A stretch of 63,679 nucleotides of DNA, filler included, from Octopus bimaculoides (taxonomy: Eukaryota), in NCBI RefSeq assembly GCF_001194135.2. It is 7 parts of 6 records of this genome, joined end to end, with 100 filler letters (N's around TTAATTAATTAA, not from the genome) between each part and the next. Parts side by side here need not be neighbours in the genome. Positions count along the whole stretch, not along the records: positions 14,521 to 32,004 come from NC_068981.1; positions 32,105 to 34,204 come from NW_026344670.1; positions 34,305 to 50,616 come from NC_068981.1; 4 more parts are not named here. One strand, 5' to 3'. Shown here piece after piece: positions 23,040-34,352 of the stretch; the stretch's first letter is position 1; every line of letters starts with the position of its first letter. The position numbers and the translations under genes are program-made. The notes beneath the pieces are model-generated. The model saw only the letters and a program-made list of their open reading frames with translations. It was not told the origin of the DNA and searched no databases.

Positions 23040-24830
23040 TATTACTAAAAGGAACCGGGAGGGAGAAGCGATGTTGTGTTGTTTCGGAGAGGCTTGGGAT
23101 TCACAATACAGGCCACCTTCATAGACCCTGAGGGTAAGTGAGTTTATGCTGGACATGGCAAGCAAGGAAGGCTACGCTTTCAGACTAATAGTGGTCTATG
23201 TCCCGAGTGGGCATTGTCGGTCAGAGTTGTTCAGTTGTCTAGAGGCTTTTGTAAGGACGCCCCGCTAGTGACGGACTGGAGCGGTATCTTAAGCGAACGC
23301 ATCGACTATTTGGGAAAAGCTAGCAGGAAAGTGGGGTGCAAAAGCGTCTCAAACCTGATCAGTATTTTCCGTTTAGCTAACAGGTACCGACTGGACCATC
23401 CCAACGCGCCAATGTGCACTTGGTCAGACCGCAACGGCTCGTCCAGATTGTACTTAAATACGATTTTCTGTAGAGTAGGTTATAGTGATAGCATAGGGTG
23501 ATCACATTTTTTAATAGTCGGTGACACAGACCACAAATTCTTGATGTGTACGCTCGACCTAAATGGGTTACAAAGACAGGGGCTCGAATACGGGAAGCTG
23601 AACGCGTCATTTCCGGCACGCCAGGCTTACAGGGACCAACTTAGAGGGCTAGCTTAGAGCATTGACGGGGACAATAATTAATACTAGATGGTGACTCGCT
23701 TTAAGAAGAGCAATAAAAGCAGAGTCAGTTAGGTTTAACAAGTACACAGCTCTAGAGAGAGATACAGTAGAAAAGGAATTAGTAAATTAGAAGAAGAACC
23801 GAAGAAGGGGATCGCGACCGACGTGCTTGCAGCGAAACTGGCCCTTGACCATCATTTTAACGCAAAGCACGAAGGTTTCACAGTCAGGCCTAAGACGCGT
23901 TCGCTAAGACCCGGAGGAATAGAAACCGTTCGATGGGCTTGGGTGGCAGAGGCAACACATGATCTTAAAGTCATAATCCGGTCTTTGGTGGGTCGGAACA
24001 ATCACGTGCTATTCGATTCCAAGATGTGCGAGGATTTTCAGCGACATTTCACACAACTGTCAGGGGCAAGTGGCAGCACAAATCACAGGGTGAACTTCGG
24101 TACATACCTCGACGGGCTGCTGGATTACTGTGAACGGCTGATCAAAGCTGCTGTATTAAGGGAAGCTACGGATGGTTGCATGAGAGGAAGATCGCCAGGT
24201 TTAGAGGGGCTACCCTATGAGCTGTACACAAGTATTCCAGAGCTGTTCGGCGACCTCTTAGCAAACGTCTACCTGACCTGGCAACAGAACGGGAGAATTC
24301 CTGCTGCTGTTACCCGAGGTATGGTGACTCTGCTGAGAAAGAACCCGGACAAGGAGGACAGCGTTGATAACTTCCGGTCCATAACTGTGTAATACAGAGT
24401 TGAAGACGTTGTCCAAATTATTAGCGAAGACGCTGCTGCTTGTTGTCGGTGGGTGTATTGGCAAGGCACAAACGTGTTCCATCCAAAAACGATTCATCCA
24501 CGACAACTTCCATCTCATGCGACACATCATAGAAGGAGTGGCTAGGTAAACCGAATAGATCAATAGAATGCTTTCGATAGGGTCGACCATCGATATCTGG
24601 CAGTGGGGCAGGTTTTCAGGAGCTGGATATCGACAATTTACGGCGGCATCTGATCGGTCGTCAAGGTCAATGGCCACCAATCGGAATTGCTTAGTATTTT
24701 GTGCTCGGTACGCAAAGTTGCCCGCTCTTGTCTCTTCTGTATGCGATGAGCTGAGAGAATTTCCTACTAAAAGTGGAGGCGTTGAGCGGTTTCCCCCGAG
24801 AGCTAGGTGCTGTTTCTACCGGGAATTTTT
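23040..24830 (+). mobile_element. Second, more decayed copy of the Tx1/L1-like LINE ORF2 (APE middle to RT)
   Basis: LALDHHFNAKHEG, RSPGLEGLPYELY and DNFRSIT match the copy at 3305-4173; multiple stops and frameshifts. Confidence 0.85.
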
Positions 24831-24974
24831 GCTATTTGCCAAGTCACAACAAGGATCTGAGGTAGACAGTACTTTACGCTATATGCGTGCAGTTCTAAGT
24901 AATGCTGACTTTTACAATACGCCTAGATTGTAGGGTATTTCTAAAGTTTTCAGATGTTTTTTTTTTTTTTTATC

Positions 24975-25290
24975 AAGATTGGCTGGTATTGAACACAATG
25001 CTCCGATGCAAATTGGGATAACCCTTATGTTTGACTCTCGTTGCTGCTACATCTTAGCAATCTCAATTTTTAGGTCTCCATATTTATCAAACTTTTCTCT
25101 TTCTTTCATGATATGTTGATCCCCTGCCACTGTCACGTCAGTTATTAGGCACTCTTGTTTGTCCCTCCTAAAGGTTACTATATCCGGCCTTCGGTGCACT
25201 AATACCTTGTCTGTCTGGAAGTCAAAGTGCCAGGGAATTTTTATCTCCCCCTTTTTATCTCCCCCTTTTCCGGTGTATGTTGGTACCAAA
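24975..25290 (-). mobile_element. REL endonuclease fragment of R4/Dong-like non-LTR element
   Basis: IPWHFDFQTDKVLVHRRPDIVTF...CLITDVTVAGD...EREKFDKYGDLKIEI, then RVIPICIGAL: PD-D...K REL signature. Confidence 0.8.
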
Positions 25291-25336
25291 CACCCGTAAC
25301 CTCATATGCATAGTTACGGCATAGTAGCCAGTGGAG

Positions 25337-25338
<2 letters not shown>

Positions 25339-25418
<80 letters not shown>
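25339..25418. repeat. (ATT)n microsatellite
   Basis: Pure ~80-nt trinucleotide run. Confidence 0.95.
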
Positions 25419-26970
25419 CATATTCCATACAGACTAGAAGGTTGTGGAAACAACTGTAGCGAAGAAAATAATTTTGATAATGATCTTGATGAGAATTAGA
25501 TGGAGGTTGGGTTGATAAGAAGGGAGAGAATGGAGATGATGAAGATGATAATGATGATGGAAACGGTAATGATGATTTTTAATTTTTATCTAAATTAGAT
25601 TGTTGAATTCAAGAATTTACAGCAATTTGTGATGACCTCAAAGTGCAAAACTGCGGCGAAGTCAGCTCCGATCAGAAAATATGTTTTTGTTTTTGTGTCA
25701 TAAAACATCAGTCGTAGGTAATTAATTGCTTAGCAACCACAGAATCTTCCAGTAAAATGACGCAGGAAATGTTTAGTTCAGTTCCCACTGGCCAGGTAAA
25801 ATAGGTTTATTTGGCTGATATAATCAATATACGAATATAGGACAAATATCATAAAGTACGTTATTTCTTCATTCATTTATTCCTTCATTCGCTCATTCCA
25901 TTAGCCTGCCAGTAATTTTGATGTTTTTGAAATGATCTCGGAACTCAAAACTAGAAAACTATTTACCAGTTTCAGTTAGTTCGATACTATACAACCATCA
26001 AATTTTTCTACAGAAATGATTATTTCTAATCGCTTATACTTTTTATGTAAAAGAGAGACATGTATGTAGAGTGCTTACTTTTGTTCACTGCCTTAGTTCA
26101 GTTGTTCTTGAAGCACGAATATTTTATAGTCACAACTGCATTATCACCCCTATTACCATCTCACCCGCATTCTTAATTAACCATAACACTTCCACCCGAT
26201 CGATGATCCACACTTAGAATATCTTTTACTGTAACTACCATAACACTTCCAACCAGACTCTAGCTCGCCGCCAACTCCACCGCAGATCTAAAAAAAATTA
26301 ACACACGTACAGTACCACTAACATGCTATCAGAACATACACCTACCATCGCTTCTCTCACCATGCTAATAAAAGTAGGATGGCAGTTATCACCACCACTG
26401 CTAGATTGGTAACACTAATCTCACCATCTAATATTTCCTTCGCGAAATTACAGTTGCTTCTAAATGCAACTTCCCTCTTCTATGCAATCCCTTTCTTTCT
26501 CTTCCACCTCTCCCCACTATTTCTCTCTCTCTCTCTTTCTCTCTCCGACTATATATTTCTTTCACTCTTTTATATCGCACAGAAAACAGTTTTAGTGAAA
26601 TACTTTCCACAAATTTCATGGAATTGGCTGTCCCGTTTCCCAATAATCACCACTACAGTTTCCATAGACGAATATCTACAGAAAAATTCAATATCGGACT
26701 TCACAGAAAGGTCGCTTGTTACCCATCAAAACATACTACCCTTGAAAACAACAAAGCCTTGATATGCGTCTATCGAGCGAATTTATATGCTTCACATTCT
26801 GTATTAAGGTTTAGAAATACAAATACAAAAGCGTGGCTGTGTGATAAGAAGCTTGATGGCCAACCACATCGTCCGTGGTTGCTTCAGTCCGACTGCGTGG
26901 CACCTTCGGCATGTGCCTTCTGCTATAGCCTTGGGTCGACTATTTGTAGTCAGAAACTGGAAGAAGACCG

Positions 26971-27029
<59 letters not shown>

Positions 27030-27659
27030 CCATTTACAAAAGGTACCGTTAATTCTATTATTATCCAATGTCACTAATTTAAGAATGATAATAACAGAAT
27101 CAATGATACAGGCGACTCCAGGCCAAAAATAGCATTTAAAAAGCCGAGGGATTATAATTAATCAAAGGACATACTGAGTATGTCTACCTGCTTGAAATAA
27201 AAGCCAAAACACGTTATTAAATCGCCAAAAAGTACACTGGTAATTACTACAGAAATCAAATGAAGGCAAAAATGGTTAAGTCAATCAACTTAAGTACATG
27301 TGTTTGTATGGACATGCAAACTCGACATGTGTATGGACATGCAAACTCGTTTTGTTATGGATATGTATAAGTACCCGTTCGTATATTTTTATATATATTG
27401 CACTGAAGATAGAAGAAAATCTATTTAAGATTTTAATCTTGAAATTAGATCATTCGCAATTGATGTGAAGCCTTTTTAAATACCTTCTCACTAGTCCGCT
27501 TTCAGTTGCATATTTTGGGAGTTTGTTTTCTGATAGCATCGTAATGCTTGGACATTAATTCAGTATGGAGGAGATAAATCTTATTTTGACTTTCTCTCTA
27601 AAAATAATTACATATATATAATCATTAATTTAATTATATATATATGTGGATGTATGTAT

Positions 27660-27795
27660 ATATATTGTGTCCCTTTCTTTTGAAGAGCGTAGGTTCGAAA
27701 CGTAAAAGACTTTTTCACTTCCCGAGCGTTAAACTAATACATCTGTGTGTTGTTTACACACCCGTCTTCGTCGCTTTTTTTTTTGTAAATTCTCA
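27660..27795 (+). mobile_element. Penelope-like element terminal-repeat fragment (related ~31890-31995 +, ~60040-60160 -)
   Basis: Shared block TGAAGAGCGTAGG(C/T)TCGAAACGT...ACTAATACAT...TTTACAC...GTCTTCGTC found three times. PLE assignment is inferred from the ribozyme-like GA..CGAAACGT end. Confidence 0.5.
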
Positions 27796-27868
27796 CTATA
27801 TATATATATATATATATACGTATATACATATACATATGCATGTATTTATGTATAATATATATATAAAA

Positions 27869-29215
27869 GTGCTGAGAACAAAACCAGAACCTCTACATCC
27901 TCTTGTGAACCTGACGAAGGACTTTGACACTGTCAGCCGAGAGGGCATGTGGGATATCTTATCCAAGCTAAGCTGACCACCGAAGCTCGTCAGAATCGTC
28001 CAGTCATTTCCCGATGGCATCATGGCCCGCATCGTGGAAAACAGAGATGTCTCTGATCCATTCCAGGTCTCCAATTGCGTGAAGCAAAGCTGCGTGGTGG
28101 CTCTCACATTCTTCAGCCTCATGTTTGCTACCATGCTATTTTGCGCCCTGTCAAAGTCTGATGCTGGTGTCACTATTCGCTACAGATGTGACTGCTGATT
28201 CTTTGACCTCAGACGTCTGAAGGCAAAAACCAAAGACCTGTTCGCCCTAGTGAGAAACTTCCTGTTTGCAGACGATTGTGCGATCGCATCATTGAATGAA
28301 CCAGACCTGCAAGAACTTGCCACTTGTCTCGCAGAAGCAACAAAAGCCTTCGGACTGACCATTAGCCTGCGAAAAACTGAAGTGATGCCTCAGCCTGCAT
28401 CTGGCTTGATACCTCCTGAGCCTCAGATTGAGATTCAGGGCACAACTCTGAACAACGTGAAGAGCTTTACATACCTGGGAAGCTACATTTCCTCAGACTT
28501 CAGTACGGACAAAGATGTCTCTATGAGGTTTGCAAAAGCAGGAGCTTCGTTTGGCAGACTTAGGACACGTGTGTGGGCCGAACGAGGCATGAGACTTTCT
28601 ACCAAGCTGGCAGTCTATAGGGCAGTCGTCATCACCTCTCTGCTGTACGGCTGTGGGTCGTAGACGCTGTATAGGAGGCAAATACGAGGACTTGACCAGT
28701 TCCGGCTCCGCTGCTTGCGACGAATCACGGGAATTTCTTGGGAAGACAGAGTCTTCAGCACTGAGGTGTTTCGCAGAGCCAAAATGCCTGGAATCAAAGC
28801 CCTCATCATGAATGCCCAGCTCCGTTGGGTGGGACATGTAGTCTGAATGGACGACCCGCGTCTACCAAAGATGATCTTCTTCTCTAACGTGGATTCTGTA
28901 GCAAGAGGCCTTGGGAGGCCACTGAGGCAATATAAGGACAGCCTGAAAACTTCCCTTGAGGCCTGCGGCATTTCAGCCCGTGGCTGGGAATCACTTGCCT
29001 CTGACCGCGGGGCCTGGCGTCCAGCTGTCCAAAAGGGTGTTAGGCTGTTCGAGGAAAATGCCTGAAGCGCCTGGACCAGAAGCGACAAGCCCGAAAAGAG
29101 AGGATCCTCAACCCTACTTCTGCGGTTACATGCCCAACATGTGGCCCCTTCTGTGCGTCTGACTTTGGGTTCCGCTCCCACCTCCGGCATCACTGACGTC
29201 ATTGTCGAACCCCAA
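27869..29215 (+). mobile_element. RTE-BovB-like LINE, 3' half (RT C-terminal region and terminal C2H2 finger), decayed
   Basis: VNLTKDFDTVSREGMW, FLFADDCA, ISLRKTEVM, FTYLGS, TKLAVYRAVVITSLLYGC, QLRWVGHV-MDDPRLPK and terminal CPTCGPFCASDFGFRSHLRH. Several stops. Confidence 0.92.
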
Positions 29216-29224
29216 CAGACTTCC

Positions 29225-29267
<43 letters not shown>

Positions 29268-29349
29268 ATATATATATGCATATGTTTGTATGTTTGCATG
29301 TACGTATATGTATACATACTTAAATCCGTACCTACATTTTCAAGACTCA

Positions 29350-31200
29350 CGTAGAAGTACCGATACATTTTGAAGAACACATTGATTTGTTTTCTCTATT
29401 TTCCTAAATTTTTCTCCTACACTTCAACTCAGTTTAGTTTGAGCCATAGTTATGTCTCCATATAAAAGTAGCAAATTTTTAAACTCTAGTTAGAGTGGAG
29501 ACCAATAAGGCGTACTACCAGCACCTTCCTTATCAATCTACCTTTGAAAACCACGAAACTAAAGCCAGCTAAGGAAATATTAATAAAACATTTTTAAAAG
29601 ATTCCAAGTGCACTTTCTACTTTTATTTTCTTTAAAAAATATTTTCTTGCACATTTCCACCACGCAAGGTCTGAAAATGCCACCAAAATCTGATTGAAGC
29701 GCTACTACGACTGAAGAAAATCTTTTAAAAAGTAGGATTCTTTCCAAACACCCAATGTTGACTTTTTAAAAAAGTGATATAATGTAAACATATAGTAAAG
29801 AAATTAACAAGAGTGTAGGACAATCTCAGTAAGAAGAGTTTACTCAAACCTTAAACTAATTATGTACAGCCATAAGAACGTAATACTACGGAGTGCAGAA
29901 CAGGAACCAACAACCAAAATAAGAGAACAACGTCATTAATCTGCAAGGACAAACACATTCTATTATATAAAGCTTAAATCATATCTGGAAGCCAAACCTC
30001 ACAAACTGCAAATATGCTATTGGCATGCGTTGAAAGATATCAGCAAAGTCGAAACATATAAAATGGATTAATTCAACAGAGAATGTTCTCCTCAGGAAAT
30101 TACAAATTAAGCCAATTCCTTCTGAACCTGAACAACAAAGACTCTAATGGAGAATATGACTCTAGACAACTTCAAAACGGAAATCGAACTTTTATATTTC
30201 AGGTAGAAGAAGTCTAGTATACAAACATTCAAATCAGGTGACGAACAAATAGAATAGAAATTTAAAAAGAAACCACAGACTCACTCTATTAGAAAACCAT
30301 TAAACTCTAGAGAGAATATGCAAAAATAAACAATTAAAATCTCTTCATAGATAGGAGTAGAGTTCAAATTGGTTTAGTAATTATTACAATGAATTCAAAA
30401 ACAATATATCTAACATATGAATCATTATCGAAAAAGGCTAAAATCTATACTCCTTGTGCATAGAAAACGCTAAATCCCCTCTTTCCTCAGACAGAATATC
30501 TGCCAGAGCCAAGGATCCCAACATGTACAAAGAAGCAAAAGTAATAACTAGAAAAAAAACAATTCCATGAAGTACTAACAAAAATCTAAATCTAAGAATG
30601 AACCCAATTACTACAGAAAACTCAGTAAAAAAAAAGGAAAAAAAGACATGAAGAAGTATAGAAACCACCAAAATGATAAACATTAAAAGTCATTTTGTTT
30701 AGATGCTGTCGACGGATTTTCTGACACTAGGTGGTACAAACCGATCAGATAATCAATCTTTCATACAGAAATCCTTCAGCACAAGATATTCAAGTTTTCT
30801 AAAAACGCTTGAAATTCTATCCAACAACACAATACCCGGACTTTAATAAAATACTAGACAATCCCTCTCACTTCTACAGAATATTATGCCTAACATAAGA
30901 AATATTTGACAAGGAAAACAATGATGAATCAGTTGTAAGAAATAAAAATGGTTACAAAGCTTTATAAAAATGTTATGCTTTTATACACAACTTTCCTTAT
31001 CATGAACTACCATACTCTAAATCCAAATCCAATATCGGTCGAAAAGAACGAGAAATTATTCATAAACACAAAAATAACAATAACATCATACTTTTAAAAA
31101 ATGACAAGAGAAGAAGTGTAGTCATTACGGATACTGAAACTAACAAAAGCACTACAGTTTTCCTACTACAAATGTAACAAAATAAATTATCTCCAATCAA
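29350..31200 (+). mobile_element. Highly decayed Penelope-like RT N-terminal region
   Basis: A-rich coding-like tract. Frame at ~31075-31150 NNNIILLKNDKRRSVVITDT resembles the PLE motif IVILKADKGxxVVIxD. Otherwise riddled with stops. Confidence 0.4.
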
Positions 31201-31699
31201 CAATGAAGAAACGTAGCGCTTTCATTCTCCTAACAAATGTCTCAGCTCTGCAGAACTGTTTCCGGGATTTAGCGCGCCAGAGTTGAGACATTTGAAAATA
31301 ACCCCCAATGTAATCGGTAGAACTGTACGCACGTCAAACTTTATGAAGAAAAATTCGTGTATAGTTCTGCATATTATATTGAATTAGAAAGGTTGTACTG
31401 ACGAGCCACGGACGTTTTTACTTAAGTAAAAGAGTTAATGGCAAAACCCGGTCTACGATTAATTCTGTATTCTGTATATTTTCATTTGTCTTGCCCACTT
31501 ATGTTCTGGTGTTTGCTGAATTTTTCTGGAAAATATTCTTTTCTTTGTGGTTAGATCGTAGATGATCTTTTTCTAGCATATCGGATATCCACTTAGTGGT
31601 CATCCCTTCTTATACGCATCTAATACAATTTTTCTGAATTTACAGATTTTTTTATATGCTAGGCCATTGGTTTTAAATTGATTCAATTTATCACCCTCA

Positions 31700-31737
<38 letters not shown>

Positions 31738-33313
31738 ATCTACTCTTTCTGGACTGTTTGATTCTGAACTTTACACCCTCCGGCTGCACCTCTCCTACCC
31801 ACGGATTACACTGGACCCATCTTCTGATTGGAAATCGCTTCAATATACCACGACGTCTAAAAAATTTTTGAACTTTTGAACTTTTCCACTTTTGTAAACC
31901 TCCTTTCTTTCTGTTGAAGAGCGTCATACTAATACATCCTTTTGTTATTTACACCACCTGTCCTCGTCTGTTGTTGTTTTTTCGTACATTCTCCCATATA
32001 TATANNNNNNNNNNNNNNNNNNNNNNNNNNNNNNNNNNNNNNNNNNNNTTAATTAATTAANNNNNNNNNNNNNNNNNNNNNNNNNNNNNNNNNNNNNNNN
32101 NNNNCCGCGACAAGGTACTTGTTGAACTGGCCTTTGATTACACAGTAGTTCTTCCTCCCTTTGACGGGCCTTAATTTTCGTCCTGCAGGGTGTCCACCAA
32201 TCACCCTCCTCACAAAGCAAGCTTGATAGGGTTGCCAGTTTAGTCGCCGACGACCCGACCATACGACAGGTTGTACTGGGTTACATGTTACCAGCAGCGC
32301 TCAAGAGCGACCTGGCACAAGTTTACCTGTATAATGGGATCCAGTTGTATCTCCTCAGGTGATATATAATCGCTGTCCCCGAGTCCATATTAGAAGAAAC
32401 TTGCATACTCAACAATATTAAGTGAATATCAGACTTGGTGCATAAGTGCCGGCCACGCGATATTCTTGCAGTGTGTGCAGATAATAAGACCCAGCTGAGT
32501 GAAGAAATCCGCTCTTAGCACCTCAGACTAGCTTTATATTAAAAATACTGTCTATAATATTTACAAAGCGCAGATTCCAGGATAGGTGAAAAAAAATATG
32601 AGTAACAAAGAGGTACAGGTATCAATTCATCACGCCTGTTTCCAACGACTCCTTTAATTGATCTATGGGAACATTACATCATTTTAAAGGAACCGTTTTC
32701 GTCAGATGAGTTCATGATCTTCAAACATAAAGCTAAATTCACATATATATATATATACAGACACATACACGTATGTGTATGTGTGTGTGTGTGTGTGCGT
32801 GTGTGTGTGTGTGCGTGTGTGTGTGTNNNNNNNNNNNNNNNNNNNNNNNNNNNNNNNNNNNNNNNNNNNNNNNNNNNNNNNNNNNNNNNNNNNNNNNNNN
32901 NNNNNNNNNNNNNNNNNNNNNNNNNNNNNNNNNNNNNNNNNNNNNNNNNNNNNNNNNNNNNNNNNNNNNNNNNNNNNNNNNNNNNNNNNNNNNNNNNNNN
33001 NNNNNNNNNNNNNNNNNNNNNNNNNNNNNNNNNNNNNNNNNNNNNNNNNNNNNNNNNNNNNNNNNNNNNNNNNNNNNNNNNNNNNNNNNNNNNNNNNNNN
33101 NNNNNNNNNNNNNNNNNNNNNNNNNNNNNNNNNNNNNNNNNNNNNNNNNNNNNNNNNNNNNNNNNNNNNNNNNNNNNNNNNNNNNNNNNNNNNNNNNNNN
33201 NNNNNNNNNNNNNNNNNNNNNNNNNNNNNNNNNNNNNNNNNNNNNNNNNNNNNNNNNNNNNNNNNTATATATATATATATATAGATATATAGATGGAGTT
33301 GGTGTTATTCATA

Positions 33314-33416
33314 TTCTTTTACTTCAGACATATGTTTCGAAGACAACATTGATATTAATCCAGAAGGAATAAAATGGTGTAAAACAATGCAATCTTCTCA
33401 TCAGGGAAAGAAAGAA
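33314..33416 (-). ncRNA. Type I hammerhead ribozyme motif (complete catalytic core)
   Basis: Minus strand: CTGATGA (33404-33398), stem II GAAGA/TCTTC plus extension, GAAA (33338-33335), palindromic stem III ACATATGT, GUC cleavage triplet (cut 33327/33326), imperfect pyrimidine/purine stem I. Confidence 0.75.
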
Positions 33417-33911
33417 GCCAAACCCATTAATAAGACATTTTAACAGAATGTGATGACTGTGTATAATGATGTTTTTTTTTTAAACCGTTAGTAGATATGT
33501 CAAAGGTAGAATATAGAAAGTGGAGGAGAAAGAAAGAAATTAGCAGAAAACTAATAGTGGAGAAATATAGAGCGATGGGTGAATTAGAATAAAGCTTAAA
33601 AGCGTTGAATTAGATATATTTAGTGGAAGTGAAATGCAAGAGGACAATCAAAGGTCAAATTATATAGAATGGTGGAAATCACTTATGCCGTTAGTTCCAA
33701 TGTCTTCGAAACATATGTCGGAGGTAAAAGAATTTAAATAACACCTGCATTTAACTCCATTTATTTATTTATCTATATTATACAAAACATTTCACCTTAA
33801 CCCGGAGTTTCTACCTTTATAGATAGGTAGTTACATCCTTGTTACTTGTGTGAATTTTTGCTATCCTGGTAACTGTTTATTTTTTTTCCGTGTTATTTGT
33901 GTATACTGAAA

Positions 33912-33944
<33 letters not shown>

Positions 33945-34304
33945 CACATACATACACAATAGACTAAATAGAGTCAAGAATGAGTCCGTTTAGACAGCTA
34001 TTTAATAAATACTAGACATGTTTCGATACAACATAGATCCACATATACACAGGATTTAAATTAAGTAACGGTTTACCTATATAATGGAATCCAGTTGTAT
34101 CTCTCAGCCGTGTCCCCGCGGCTATAGTAGAAGACACCTACCCAAGGTGCCACACAGTGGACTGAACCTAGAACCATGTGGCTGTGGAGCAGGCTTCTTA
34201 CCACNNNNNNNNNNNNNNNNNNNNNNNNNNNNNNNNNNNNNNNNNNNNTTAATTAATTAANNNNNNNNNNNNNNNNNNNNNNNNNNNNNNNNNNNNNNNN
34301 NNNN

Positions 34305-34352
<48 letters not shown>

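Noticed and set aside
32674-33372. Long ORFs in the track spanning N gaps or microsatellites (also 2476-3672, 9594-9878, 22499-23165, 43225-43557, 59728-60244)
   Set aside because: Their length comes from X runs or YI/CV/HT/poly-amino-acid repeats, or they are antisense to real exons or TEs; no protein signal.
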